NCBI GenBank assembly: GCA_964016885.1 | Contig: OZ024743.1 | Span: forward strand, 115,444,001-115,508,000 | Length of the DNA: 64,000 bases | DNA from: Eledone cirrhosa | Taxonomy: Eukaryota | Direction of reading: 5' to 3' | Notes under the pieces: generated by a model | Told to the model about the DNA's origin: nothing | The model's input: the letters and a program-made list of their open reading frames with translations, nothing else | The model's database searches: none | Shown: positions 43,251 through 56,764 of the stretch, one piece after another | Numbering within the stretch: the first letter of the stretch is position 1 | Layout of the letters: every line of letters starts with the position of its first letter | Made by a program: the position numbers and the translations under genes

Positions 43251-43329
43251 TTTGTGGTAGCCTATAAGAAGGAATCCGGGTAGTATTCAACTACTCTCAG
43301 ACGCGAGTCACATGTATGTATATATATAT

Positions 43330-43498
<169 letters not shown>

Positions 43499-43614
43499 CA
43501 AAGAGATATTTAATTTGTTGGTTTTTGAACAAATTCGAAGCACTCTACAGGTTTTTCTTGAGTACAATATCAATGATATTAAAAAATGGAAACTATCTTT
43601 ATAATACCATATTT

Positions 43615-43673
43615 ATTTTATTATATATATTTCAAGGGTACCAAAGTTTTGGTGCGTTCTCATCAGATAAAAT
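43615..43673 (-). ncRNA. Type I hammerhead ribozyme (same family as 16545 and 16672)
   Basis: Reverse complement reads attttat-CTGATGA-gaacgcaccaaaactttggtaccctt-GAAA-tatata-TA-ataaaat; flanks 43571-43690 match 16501-16620. Confidence 0.8.
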
Positions 43674-43949
43674 GCAAAAGTTGTTTTATAAATATTGACA
43701 TATCCAAAATACAAGAAATTATCGTTTTAAATTCATTTTGGATAGTGACAGAAATTTCAAATCTTAGGTTGAATATGTTAATTAGGCTAAACGTACAGTT
43801 GAAAAAGATCGTTATATTTAGACTCTAGGTAAATTAAAATATTTAAGGGAAGAAGAGAAAAAGGTTAATATTAATATTACGGTGTAAGAAGACATAAGGA
43901 ATGAGTATAAGAAAAAAAATTATATTATAGTTAGAAATACACGATTATT

Positions 43950-44376
43950 ATTAAGTCGACAACCATAGCAATAGCGAACTTAATAGGAAAAAGAAAAGTA
44001 TCATTGAATTTTTCAATAATTACATTCCTTAAATTAGAAATTGAGAATAATAATAAAACTATTAATTTCTTAGATGTCACTTTAAACCTTAGCTCAGGTC
44101 TATATTACCCTTTCCATAAGATTAATGAAAACTTAAACTATGTAAGCTTCAATTCTAACCTGACTAGAAATGTAAAAAATACTATCGTTAATAGTGTCCG
44201 ACATCGAATTTCACGCATTTCAGCTAATAAAAATATTTTTGAAAATATTTTTGAAAATAAGGCAGAATATTACAATGATGCTCTACATAGAGCTGGCTAC
44301 ATGAATAAAATTAAATACTTAGATAACAATAACATGCAAAAGCATCCTAAAATTTACTATAATAAAAATAATAATG

Positions 44377-44437
<61 letters not shown>
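43950..44437 (+). pseudogene. Hydra-like PLE RT fragment, left part, ending in poly-Asn (AAT)n
   Basis: INFLDVTLNLSSGLYYPFHKINENLNYVSFNSN...YYNDALHRAGY aligns with ORF 19850-20881. Confidence 0.85.
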
Positions 44438-44438
<1 letters not shown>

Positions 44439-45344
44439 GAATTTGCTCCCGTAAGTTTTTTGATTTTTAACATATTTAAATCAATTGTGAAAGAACAATT
44501 CTTAGCACAAATGTTGCATAAAGGCACCGAATGAGGTCCCATAAAGTTTCGGATCCATATTATATTGTTGTATCGCTCAAATATTCAATTTTGTATTATA
44601 TATTTTGTATTCAAAAAAAGAAAATGGTTATAAATGGAACAAAACACCCTCTGTCTACACTATATAGAACAGCGGCAATTTCAATTTCACCAACACCAGA
44701 AACTTGATACACTACCTATCCCATCACACTAAATATAACGGCAACTTCACCGGCATCATAATAATAATTACTATTATTATTGTCTCAAATTTTAAAAAAT
44801 GTTTAATTCAAATTTTACGGGAATATGTCAACACAAAATCTAATGAAAATATATATTAAACATACGAACACAAACTCATAGATACTATATCAGTAACCAC
44901 AACAACACCGCTGCCACCACCCCACCACATCCATCATCGCCGCCACCACTCATTCAATGCTACTGACACTATTCCCCTGTTAACTTGAGAGAGAAAAGGG
45001 AAGTTGGTGGTAGCACTAGACAAGAGAGAGGCTAGCAAAAGATATAAATAGATTGACTTGGTGACCTTGCCACGGACAAACGTCTACATCAACAATTATG
45101 GGACTGCTGGCTCACCCCTTCCTCACCAACAATATAAAAAGCCCCGGCACCACCACCGACATAGCCAGCAGCAATAACAGCCAACTACAACAAAAAGTAT
45201 ATTATATTATTGTAATGCACTGGGTGATTGCTGGCCTTGTCCCTGGAGTGGAGACAATTATTAATAATTTCATTCTTAAGCCACGCAATGCTCACATTAA
45301 GGAACCACTCATGATAATAACAATTTAAAAAAAACAACAAAAAG

Positions 45345-48300
45345 AAAACCCCGTGACCAAGAAATACCGGGATGGCGGCCGGCGGGGAATAGCCATGTCT
45401 CTAGGGGTGAACGACCCCTCTAGTCTTGATTGACACTCGTTCTAGAAGTGGTAACACGAGAAGATTACCCCTTGGCGGATAAGGATAAAACGCGACAAAA
45501 TAAAGTAGATGTCTAATGATGAAATCTCATACCGGATCGGCCGTCACCCGGGTAAAAAAGGGCCGCGTCCCTCAGAGAGGAACCAGACTGGGGTCGAAAA
45601 ATCAGCTAATGGTTCAAACCTTCCCATCACTTCGGAGCTGGAGACCTCCCATAACCGGAATACTCCTACTGTTGGCCCTCCATGCTCACCACCAAGAAAT
45701 CCAAAGAAAAAGAGAGAAAAATGGTCAAGGGAAGATAATAAAGAAGTCCTTGAGGCTTTCTACACTGCCATGTACTACCCATCAAATACATCGAATACAG
45801 AGCAAACATATATCAACTGGAAAAAGAAACATCCCGAAAACAGAGGCTATATTGACAGTAACAAACTAGCCAATATACGAAGAAATATTGTAAGAAAAAA
45901 GTTACTAACTGATATAGAAATTGATCAGATCAAGCTAGTAGCACAAAGTCAGCGAAGGGAAAATGAAGCATGTGTCAGTGAAAACGAGGTAAACTGTAAC
46001 ACTTCGAATCCCAGAGTTGGGGCGGAATCACTGGCAACAGAACAAATTAAAGAAAGGAGCGAAAAAGTGGAGGGAGTGCATACTCAGGATGAAACTCCAA
46101 ATGAAAATAATGAGATCGTAAATGATAAAGAAATGAATGAGAATGAACTTGCCAATTTGAAGGATGAAATTATGATCGAATGGATGAAAATGAAAGAAAC
46201 TGACATGGGGGAACGAGACACCATCCCTAAGATCCAGAACTCCAAACAGAACCAAAAGATAATACACAAGACTAACATAATTCTCAAAAACATTATCATC
46301 ACAAACAAAATAAACATTACTGACTTAAATCATCTCTATTATGCATCGGCTAAAGTCACCACTCACTTATGTGGAGTGAAGATGAAAAAACAAAGGAATT
46401 CCCACAAGAAATCTACTTGGCAAGATAACATCAATCGCCAAATAAACCTTCTCCGATCTGACATAGAAATTTTAACAAACTATAAAGTAGGTGAACATGT
46501 TAAACAAACTAAACTTAGAAAATTGAAAAAAAAGTACAGTATAAGATCAACATGTGACATAGACATGCTGATAGAAACAATCAAGCAAAAAGTGTCGGCC
46601 AAAGCTGCTCGTATAAGGCGCTTTGAAAAACGATCTAGATTCTATAAGGACAATAATATGTTCAAAAACAACCAAAGAAACTTCTACAGAAAAATTGGTA
46701 AGTCAACAATAACTGCTAAATCAATACCACCCAAGGAGGAAGTGCAAGAATTCTGGGAAAAGATCTGGGCCGAAGAAAAAGTTCATAACATACATGCCCC
46801 ATGGATAGACAGACAAATGAAAGAAACAGCTCACCTTGAAGAACAAACATGGGAAAATATAACAGTTGAACAGCTGCGCTTGGCTCTAAGAAAAACCAGC
46901 AAATGGAAATCCCCAGGAGAAGACAAAATACAAAACTTTTGGATAAATGCCTTCACAGAGTCTCATGAGCTGTTGGCCCAACTTTACAATGAAATAGTTA
47001 AGGAGCCAGAAAAGATACCATCATGGCTAGTTAACGGCATTACATTCCTGCTACCGAAGAATGATGAGACAAACAATCCCAAAAATTACAGACCGATAAC
47101 CTGCTTGACCACAATGTATAAAATTTTAACATCAGTCCTAACTGAATACACATATGACCACCTGATAACAAATGACCTATTTCCCATTGAGCAGAAAGGG
47201 TGTAAACGAGGCTCATATGGCTGTAAGGATCAGCTTCTGGTTAACAAAATGATACTGGAAGATTGTCATAATAGACACAAAAATCTATCGATTGCTTGGA
47301 TAGATTATAAAAAAGCATTTGATAGTTTGCCACACAGTTGGATTGAAAAATGTTTAGAGATTTTCAAAATATCCCCCGTTATCAGGAGGTTTTTGTCATT
47401 CAGTATGAGGACATGGAGAACGACACTCCTTTTGAATAGTGAAACAAAATCACTGGAAGCTGGAGAAGTTAACATTAATTGTGGAATTTTTCAGGGTGAC
47501 TCTTTATCACCGCTTTTATTCTGCATCGCACTTATACCATTAAGTAAAATGCTCAATGAAACAAAACATGGATATAGAGTCTATGACAAAACCATTAATC
47601 ACCTGTTCTACATGGATGACCTGAAACTATTCGCAAAAAATGATGAACAATTGCAAGGGCTATTATCCACTGTGAAGCAGTTCAGTGATGACATTAAAAT
47701 GGAGTTTGGACTGGATAAATGCGCCAAAGCAACGTTCACCAGAGGAAAGCTGCTGAAGAGTTCAGACATTAATCTTGATCGGGGGAACGTGATAAGAGAG
47801 CTTGATCAAGAACAAACTTACAAATATCTAGGTGTTTGTGAAGGAGACGGAATCAAGCACTCGACAATGAGGGAAAGGATAAGGAAGGAATGTTACCGCA
47901 GAGTCAGAGCAATCTTAAGAACGGAATTGAATGCAAGGAATAGGATCGATGCCATAAACACGCTTGCCATACCAGTAGTAACCTACAGTTACAATGTCAT
48001 CAACTGGTCAAGCACAGAGATCCGTAGGCTCGATACAAAAATCCGAAAATTCTTAACCATGCACAGAATGCATCACCCTAAGGCAGACATAGATAGAATA
48101 TATCTCCCTAGGAAAGAAGGAGGACGTGGGTTAATCCAGTTAGACATTGCGTTGAAAACTGCAACAATTGGATTATCCACATATCTAAGGGAATCACATG
48201 ATTGGATGATCAAACTCGTTTTGAAGCACGAAGGCACCAAAAGATCATATTCCATTACAAAAGATGCACAAAGATACAGTAATGGACTACAAATTTCAGA

Positions 48301-49320
48301 AGTCCCATTTACTGCTGAAATGGAAAACACAGAAAAAGCAAAGCAGGTAAAAGTAACTGCAAAGAAAGAACTGCTACAGAAACTGGCTAAGAAATGGCAA
48401 GAAAAGCCTCTGTATGGAAAATACCCAGAGCGAGCTAACAATCCTGATGTTGACAAAACTTTAACCCATCAGTGGTTGGCATCCTCTGGACTGAAATCGG
48501 AGACTGAAGGACTGATTATATCCGCACAAGATCAGTGTCTGCCAACAAAAAATTACCAAGCCAACATAATAAAAAATGGGTGCAGCCCATTATGCCGTGT
48601 ATGCAAAAAACAACTAGAGACCATTGACCATATAATTTCAATGTCCAGTCCTATAGCTCCAACCGAATACCTAAACAGGCATGACAGAGCTGCACGATAC
48701 ATACATTGGATAATGTGTAAGCATTTTGACCTGCCCCATCAAAAGAATTGGTGGGAGCATCAACCACCTCCCATACTTGAAAAAGATCACATCTCAATCT
48801 TGTGGAACTTTAGCATCCAAACAGACCGAAAAATAGATGTGAATAGACCTGATATAATATTGAAGGACTTTCAAAGGAGGGTATGCCTTCTAATTGATAT
48901 GTCTGTTCCAATAGACAAGAATGTATCTATAAAAACATTTGAAAAATTGAACAAGTATAAGGACCTGGAGATAGAAATTGGAAAAATGTGGAAATTGAGA
49001 ACTAAAACAATACCAGTGGTTGTAGGCGCTCTGGGAATGATACCTAAGGGGTCTAACGACTACTTATCGCAAATCCCAGGAAACCCGCGTATAGGAGAAA
49101 TACAAAAGATAGTACTAATGGGAACTGCCCATATACTAAGGAAGATCCTGTCAATATAAGTACATCACAAGTCTAAACACTAAGGATGCATGTGTGAATA
49201 TGTGTGTTCTTTCTTGAACATGGCGGACCTTGTTGTCTCTTGAGGTCACTGGTTGTGACTTGGTGATAACTCGTATAAACATAAAGCAAGATAAATGCAA
49301 ATAATAATAATAATAATAAT
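45345..49320 (+). mobile_element. R4/Dong-clade RLE non-LTR retrotransposon, apparently full length, with (TAA)n tail
   Basis: Short GC-rich 5' UTR, single long ORF, ~140-bp 3' UTR, then (taa)n at 49301-49321. Confidence 0.92.
45509..49159 (+). CDS. R4/Dong-type ORF: reverse transcriptase, Zn knuckle and restriction-like endonuclease (1216 aa)
   Basis: WKSPGED, NYRPITCL, EQKGC, WIDYKKAFDS, GIFQGDSLSP, FYMDDLK, YKYLG; CRVC...H, RHD, RPDI...ID, K..KY; no internal stop. Confidence 0.95.
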   Translation: MSNDEISYRIGRHPGKKGPRPSERNQTGVEKSANGSNLPITSELETSHNRNTPTVGPPCSPPRNPKKKREKWSREDNKEVLEAFYTAMYYPSNTSNTEQTYINWKKKHPENRGYIDSNKLANIRRNIVRKKLLTDIEIDQIKLVAQSQRRENEACVSENEVNCNTSNPRVGAESLATEQIKERSEKVEGVHTQDETPNENNEIVNDKEMNENELANLKDEIMIEWMKMKETDMGERDTIPKIQNSKQNQKIIHKTNIILKNIIITNKINITDLNHLYYASAKVTTHLCGVKMKKQRNSHKKSTWQDNINRQINLLRSDIEILTNYKVGEHVKQTKLRKLKKKYSIRSTCDIDMLIETIKQKVSAKAARIRRFEKRSRFYKDNNMFKNNQRNFYRKIGKSTITAKSIPPKEEVQEFWEKIWAEEKVHNIHAPWIDRQMKETAHLEEQTWENITVEQLRLALRKTSKWKSPGEDKIQNFWINAFTESHELLAQLYNEIVKEPEKIPSWLVNGITFLLPKNDETNNPKNYRPITCLTTMYKILTSVLTEYTYDHLITNDLFPIEQKGCKRGSYGCKDQLLVNKMILEDCHNRHKNLSIAWIDYKKAFDSLPHSWIEKCLEIFKISPVIRRFLSFSMRTWRTTLLLNSETKSLEAGEVNINCGIFQGDSLSPLLFCIALIPLSKMLNETKHGYRVYDKTINHLFYMDDLKLFAKNDEQLQGLLSTVKQFSDDIKMEFGLDKCAKATFTRGKLLKSSDINLDRGNVIRELDQEQTYKYLGVCEGDGIKHSTMRERIRKECYRRVRAILRTELNARNRIDAINTLAIPVVTYSYNVINWSSTEIRRLDTKIRKFLTMHRMHHPKADIDRIYLPRKEGGRGLIQLDIALKTATIGLSTYLRESHDWMIKLVLKHEGTKRSYSITKDAQRYSNGLQISEVPFTAEMENTEKAKQVKVTAKKELLQKLAKKWQEKPLYGKYPERANNPDVDKTLTHQWLASSGLKSETEGLIISAQDQCLPTKNYQANIIKNGCSPLCRVCKKQLETIDHIISMSSPIAPTEYLNRHDRAARYIHWIMCKHFDLPHQKNWWEHQPPPILEKDHISILWNFSIQTDRKIDVNRPDIILKDFQRRVCLLIDMSVPIDKNVSIKTFEKLNKYKDLEIEIGKMWKLRTKTIPVVVGALGMIPKGSNDYLSQIPGNPRIGEIQKIVLMGTAHILRKILSI

Positions 49321-49324
49321 AAAA

Positions 49325-50964
49325 AAAAACAACAGACAAGAAAGAGCAGAGCCTTGGTGGAAGAAACGACTGAGTGGTCAAATCAGGGAAATGAGAAATG
49401 ACATTGGAAAGCTTGAGTCCCTACTGAATGGGACACTAAAAAAACATAGACACTAAAAATAGACTGGAAATAAAGTACAAACTAGGAGGGAAAAGCTAAA
49501 TATTATCATAGAGGAACTGAAGCAACGCATTGTAGCAAAGAATGCAAAAATCAGGCGATACGAGAACAGAGTCAGTCAGTATAGACAGAACCGCATGTTC
49601 GACAACAACCAGAAGATGCTGTTTGGACAGCTTGAAGGGAAAGAAAGAGGCAACGACTTGAGGCGGAACAAACTAAAACATTCTGGAGAGGAATATGGGA
49701 GCTGGATGTTAAACATAATGACCAGGCAGTGTGGATTGAGACAGTACAGAAGGAGATTAGTGAACAGGCACCCCAACAAACTGATTTGAGTATCACAGTT
49801 GAAACTCTTAAGGGGCAGGCCAAAAAACTAACCAACTGGAACACCAGGCCCAGATGGGGTGCAGGGGTATTGGATTAAAAATATAACATCCCTCCACCCG
49901 AAACTGACAAGCATGTTCAATGACTGCTTGATGTCAGGTGAGGTACCAGAGTGGTTGACAAAAGGTACCACAGTTCTGATAATGAAAGACCGAATCAAGG
50001 GTAATAATGTTACCAACTATAGACCTATCACATGTCTGTCCGTAATGTGGAAACTGTTGACAAGCATTATGTCTGAGGAAATCTACCATCACCTCCACAC
50101 AAACACCTTGTTACCGGACGAACAGAAAGGATGCCGAAAGAAGTCACGTGGTACTAAGGAACAGTTACTTATTGATAAGATGGTAATGAGGAATTGCAAG
50201 AGGAGACACACTGGTCTTGCCATGGGATGGATAGACTACAAAAAGGCATTTGACATGGTGCCTCAAAAGCCTAGAGATCTTCAATGTGGCAGATAACACC
50301 AGACAGTTGTTGGGCAAAAAACAGAGTTAACATCAGCTGGAGAATCCTTGGGAGGCGTGAAGATCAAGAGAGGTATCTTCCAAGGAGATAATCTGTCCCC
50401 TCTGTTGTTTGTCCTTGCCCTGATGCCCCTGACCATTATACTGCGAAAAGTGAGAGCAGAATACAAGTTGGGAAAGGGAGAGCTTACCATCAATCACCTC
50501 CTCTTCATGGACGATCTTAAGCTCTTCGTGAAGAGTGAGAAGGAGTTGGATGTGCTTGTTGACACTGTCCGTATTTTCAGCAATGATATATGTATGCAAT
50601 TTGGTATTAGTAAGTGTGGAGTCCTTGTGATGAAGAGGGGTACATTGAGAAGAAGCAACGGAATCCAGGTACCAACAGATGAGATGATAAAGGAAATTGA
50701 CACTGAAGAAGGATACAAGTATTTGGGTGTTCTGGAGGCTGATGTCATCAAGAACAAAAACATGAAGGAACTGATAAGATCTGAATATATTCGGAGAGTA
50801 AGGAGCGTATTAAAATCACATCTGAACAGTAGGAATGCCAAAAGTGCTGGGAACAGCAAGAACCCTCCGATAGGTCCTGAATATCTGAAGCTGCAGGTAG
50901 TGGCTTGATATTCATTTCAACAAACTTTCCAGTTAACTAACATCAATGACTGAGACTCAAAGAA
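49325..50964 (+). mobile_element. Second, diverged and deleted R4/Dong copy in tandem
   Basis: NYRPITCL, EQKGCRK, WIDYKKAFD, GIFQGDNLSP, LFMDDLK, YKYLG. Jumps at ~50840 to the C-terminal LGTARTLR. Ends in (taa)n. Confidence 0.88.
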
Positions 50965-50965
50965 C

Positions 50966-51036
<71 letters not shown>

Positions 51037-51038
<2 letters not shown>

Positions 51039-54000
51039 TTTTCTTTATTAACCACAAGGGTCTACATAAAGTAGACATTAAGGGCAGTACAGGACAATAC
51101 AGGGCGGTACAAATGGGCATTTCTGCGTGTAAAAAACCAGAAACAGAGGATGTAATAATAGAACAATGAAAAAATTCCCCAATACGGGGGAGACTTCCGA
51201 AGGACATACGTCGAGAAAGCCCATTAAAAAGCCACAGTGACCACCAGGGCAAGTGCCCTCTCCCAGTTTTCCACCTTTAATTTACAGACACATACTCAGA
51301 GTAGGCCCATTCACTCGGGCCATTCTTGCCTCTCTCACCCATCTTTCAACAAAATGCTGGGAAGTGAGCACTTCCCTTTCTACTCTGATTTTCCTTTTCA
51401 AATGAAATTTGAAAAAAGTTAATCAGGGCATCACCGAAGAGGTAAGTGCTCGTCTTCCGCCCTTTCAAACGTGTCCACCATACTATCTCTTTCGCCATGG
51501 CCACCAGACAGATAAAAACTGCCTGCCCTTCCCTTAGCCGGGAAGAGGGCGGGGCAATCCTCACGATGGACTCAGCTGATACGGATCCGTCCTACACGCG
51601 ACAGCAGGTGTTCAACATAAACCCACAAGTCAGCAATGCTCGGACACTGGACGAGTGCGTGCAGCACGGTTTCGTCACCCTGCGCGCATCTCGGACATGC
51701 CCGGCTGACGGCACCTCTATGCCTGTAGAGTTTATCACGAACTGGCAAAGCTCCTCGGTAGCACTGCCAGGGAATATCTGGAAGTTGTCCGTAGGCCCCG
51801 GCCCTAAAGTTCTTCCGAAGAGGTTGGCTAGTTGATTTTCGTCGACGCCTAGAATTTCTTCAAGTACGTCGTCGCTCTTCCCCTCCACTAATCCTCTATA
51901 GAACGCCAAGGTGGAGTTTCCACCGATCACATTGCCCAATTGGTCGAGGGCTGTGAGCGCCTGAAGACATTTCAGTCTCCAAGCGCTCCCTCTCGGTCTT
52001 CGCTTGACCCAGGACTGCAGCTCCGTCAAGGAGACGAGCTGGGGAAAGACGCGTCTAGCAAACGGGGACCTAACCTGATCACCTTCGAGAAAGAGGTGGA
52101 GATGTCGCAGCCTGAGCGCGTGTCTGCGCATCATCAGCCACGGCATTCCCAACTCTCCACGTAGCGGGTGTTGACAGCAAATGGACCGCCTGGCCATCGG
52201 AGCGCGTCCCTTCCACAAAAAGCGAAAAAGCAAACGCTCCAGCGCAGTCAGGAGGGGCTTAGGACAAGGTACGACGGTCAGGCGGTAGTAGATGACGGAC
52301 GCGATATACGCGTTAGCCACCTCCGCTCGACCTTTCAGGGATAGCTTCCTCTCGGCCCATTTCTGGGTGAGAGAAGCCACCCTGCTCGTCACCTCATCCC
52401 AGTTTTTGTCCGTCTGGAGATCTGGACCGAACCAGACCCCGAGCAATTTAACTGGTCCGTCCGTCCAGCGCCCGACGACTCTGTTGGACGGCATGGAACT
52501 CCTTCTCCAGGTGCCGAGCTGCAGGCCCACTGACTTTTCCTGTTTGATCATTGCTCCTGTCACCGCTTCATAATCTCTTAGTGTAGTGCCGATCGCCTCG
52601 ATGTGTTTGGCCTTCAACACAACTACGGTGATATCGTCCGCATATGCTGACACGGATCTTCTGCATCCTAGTTCGCGCGGGACCCCCCTCAACGTCTCCA
52701 GTTTGTTCAGTAATGGCTCGAGCGTCAATACGTACAAGAGGGACGAGAGGGGACATCCTTGGCGAATCGAGCGCATGAGGTTGAACGGTTCCGAAAGGTG
52801 ACCGTTCACTTTCACCACAGACCAGATGTCGCTGTGCATGGCAGCGATCCAGCCTCTGATGGCTGGCGGAAAGCCAGCCGCCCTCAAGACTGCCGCTAGG
52901 TAACGATGGTCGACCCTATCGAAAGCTTTCGACTGATCTAAATTGATCAAGGACCCACCCGTGCCAGGTTCCCGAGCTACCCTCTCTACGATGTATCGCA
53001 TGAGGTGGAGGTTGTCGTGGATGGATCTGTCGGGAATGGCGCATGTCTGCGCCTCTCCCACCAGACCACCAACGACAAGCGCCAACCTCTTTGCTAGAAC
53101 CTTGGCCAAAATCTTGAACATTGTGTTTAGCAGAGTTATGTGTCTAAAATTATCTATGTTATCCCCCTTGTTCGGATCCTTTTTCAGCAGCACCACAGCT
53201 CCTCTTCTCACAGAGATGGGAATTCTCCCGTTCTGTTGCCAGTTGCAGTAGACGTCCACCAAGAGGCCTCCGAACAAGTCTGGAATCTGTACGTAAATTT
53301 CATAGGGCAGACCATCCAAACCAGGCGATTTATCCCTTGTGCAGCTAGTCATTACCTCCTGTACTTCAGCGGCTGTTATCGGATTTTCGCAACACTCCAC
53401 CTCAGTGGCCGAGAGCCGCGGCAGTCCGTGGAGGTAGACACTAAAGTCCATCCCTCGATCCGGCCCGCCGCTGCCCCCGAACAACTGATTGAAGTGTCGC
53501 CCAAAAGCTTCACACGGGATCGAGTAGCATGCGCCCGTCGTGGTCCACCAAAGACCGGATCGTGGCTTTGTTGCCACGATGCGCCTCCGCCACTCGGGCC
53601 CATTGAACGGCTTTCGTCCCCTCGTGTCTGAGAGCACGTACCCTAGCTCTGACAACGCAGCCTTCGTGCTTTGCATTGAAGAATTGAACAAGGTCCAATT
53701 TCGCCGCAAGTACGTCGGTCGCGATGCCTTTGCTAAGCGCCTCGTCTAATTTTCTAACTAATTCTCCCTCTGCTCTATTTTTCTCTATTGCTAAAGCCTT
53801 ACTAAACCTAATGGACTCTATTCTAATTGCTCTTTTCAGAGCAAACCACCACTTGTTGTGGACGATGGCACCCGTCAACGCCCACTTAACTAGTTCGCTA
53901 ATGCGGTCTCTGTAGGCCTTGCTCGCTGGTAAGGACGCGTTTAGCTTCCAGTAGCCGGGTCCTCGTCAATGAAGCCTATCTAAGTCAAGCACACAGATCA

Positions 54001-56564
54001 CGAATTTGTGGTCCGTGTAGCTGACTATATTGAATTGTGGACAGCCTATGCTAGACCTATCTATTTCTCTACAAACTACTCTATCTAGATATGATCTGGA
54101 TGACCCTATGCGATTTGTCCATGTCCACATTGGCACATTCGGGAAATCCAATCGGTACCTGTCACACAGTTCAAAACGCCTGAGAAGGGTGGTGAGGCTC
54201 TTGCACCCACCTACCCTATCTGCTAATCCCACACAATCCCAGCGTGCATCTAAGATCCCGTTCCAGTCGCCCACTAACACTAAAGAGCGAGACATTCCAA
54301 GAAAGGTCTCCAGATGCCGGAAGAAATCAGGCCGCCATGCTCCTGTCGGGGCATAGACGGCCACTAGCCTGAAAGCTTGCCTGTCTCCGCTGGACACGTC
54401 TAGCACCACCAACTTACATTCTGGGTCCAGGAAGATGGCCCGTATGGCGAGATCCAACCCTCTCCGAAAAAGCACAGCAACTCTACCCCCCAATCCCGGA
54501 CGGCTGGGAGATGCGTACACATCGTAGCCGCCGAAGATCGCTGCGAAGGCCCGTGCTTCGGAGATTCTGGTCTCGCTGATGGCCACTACATCTATGTTTA
54601 GTGACCTGAGGTCGTTGACAGGTGGCCCTGCTTCCATGACGACCACAAGCCACGCGCATTTATGCTGCCTATTCTGGAGAGGTCATGTTGAAATGCAGTG
54701 GAAAAGATGGGAAAGACCACTTACCTTACTTCTCGTAAAGGAAGGATGGTTTGTCTATACTTTTCACTGCTTGTGGCCCCTCCAGAAGGATCTCCTTATA
54801 AATCCTCCTAGAGAGTGTTTGTCGGAAGTCTCCGATGTCTCTGGGGAATTTTTGTTTTAGTGTCGTGTACGTTTTCTGTGTGATGTGAGTGATTTGTATG
54901 TGTGGAGGTGGTGTGAACTTTGGGTTGTTGTGTAGTCTTTTTCTGTGATGCTGGTGTTGTGTTGCATGTAGTCTAATAATTGGTTGTTGTTCAAATTTAA
55001 TGCTGTGTAGTGAGTATCGTTTTGGTTGTTTTGTTTGGTTTGCGTTTGTTGTGGGTTTGTTTCTGTTACGCTTTTTGGTGACTTTTGTGGTGTTGGTGGT
55101 GTTGGGGTTAATGATGGTGATGGTGTTGGTGTTTGTGGAGATGGGGTTGGTAATGCTGGTGTGGATGGTGGCATATCTGTCCTAACTTTTTTGTTTGTTA
55201 ATTTCTTTGTTTCCCTCTGTATTTTGTTTTTGGAGGGGGAAGGAAGAGAATTTTTTTCTTTTTTGGTTTCTTTTTTCTTTTCCTGATACCGTTTCTCACT
55301 CCTCGTCGTCACAATCCGCCTCCAGTTGCGATAAGACGGGGAGTGGAAAATCCTCCACAGGCCTTGATTTTGGTTGTGGCGTGGTGGATGGTGTAGGCGC
55401 TGGTGCTAGTTCTGGCGCGTTGGGTGGTGGTGGTGTTGGTTTTGCTACTGTTTCTGGGGGTGTTGCTGTTACAGTTGCTTCTGTTGTTGCTGCTACAGTT
55501 GTTGCTGCCATCTCTGCTGCTGGTGGTGTTGATGCTTGAGTCACTGGGGTGGGTAGGATAGGTGGCCTCAACCTTTTAGCCTGAGGGCAGAAAGCCCTTA
55601 GGTGGGTTCCTTCACCACAAACGACACACCTAGGTCTTCTGCCCTCGACGATTACGGTGAGGTGGCTGCCGTCAGTGAGGTCTATTACCTCTGGGATCTC
55701 CTCAATGCTTTTATGGTCCGCTTGGATCAGGAGCTCCATCCCAGATCCGGACCAGTTCTCCTGCTTTTCTTTTGCTATTGCTATTATTTTGGTGTTGGTC
55801 TCGATGCCGCCGAGGACGGCAGTCATTAGCCAGGGAATTTCGATGGCCGGTTGAACGTGGGTCACCCTCATTTCCACAAGTCTCTGGCCACAACAGCTTG
55901 GGACGAGTGTGACGTCGTCATTTCTTAATGGGGCCATGGAGTGTTCTCTGCCTCCTCTGGTGTTTCAAAGAACACGTCCACGGTTCCATACTTCTGCCCA
56001 CGTCTGATGTGGGGTTTTTTTCCCACACATGTCCCAAAGCTTTTTTGGATTTGGGACTCGGATGCCCGTTCCACTCGGCGCGATTTTATGTTTATTGTCC
56101 GATAAGACACGGTGCATAGGCGACGTTGCTCCATTTTATTAGGTGGGGGGAGGGCTGTGAGGCTGACACTGTACCCATCTTTCTTTACCATTCCTTTGGT
56201 AATGGCGGGAAATGAACGTCTGCCTGAGACAAATTTAAAATATTGCTACTGCTTACATTTCCAGTGTTGGCAAACGTAGCAATATTTACAATGGGGGTGT
56301 CGGTGTGAGGTGTTAGATTGTGAGGAAGGAGTGACTCTGAGTCAGCCATGATCTTTCAAAGAAAAATTTTTGTTTGATAATTATAAAAAGTTAAAATTTT
56401 GGGCTCAAGGCCCCAATATTTTTGAGTGTCCTTTTCAGAAATCAATGTATGTGCACTTATTTACAGTTAACAATAAAAACTTTCCATAAATGGTAATTTT
56501 AAACAACTGAAAATAACAAACATTTGCGGAGCTCACGATGATACGATTTACTACGTAGGTCGCC
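51037..56564 (-). mobile_element. Full-length Tx1/L1-clade LINE copy 3 flanked by (TAA)n
   Basis: ORF2 ~54686-51282 is highly similar to copy 2. ORF1 ~56349-54857 carries CVVCGEGTHLRAFC. (taa)n at 50965-51036 and 56565-56596. Confidence 0.95.
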
Positions 56565-56596
<32 letters not shown>

Positions 56597-56764
56597 GCAA
56601 TTTAACATGAATGGTAAATCAAACAAAAGAACTAGAACTATTAATTTTAATTGGTATTCTCCCCCATTCTCATTAGGAGTTAAAACATATGTAGCAAACC
56701 TATTTTTCAAAGCATTAGATAAATGTTTTCCTAATTCCCATAGATACCATTCTATTGATATCAT

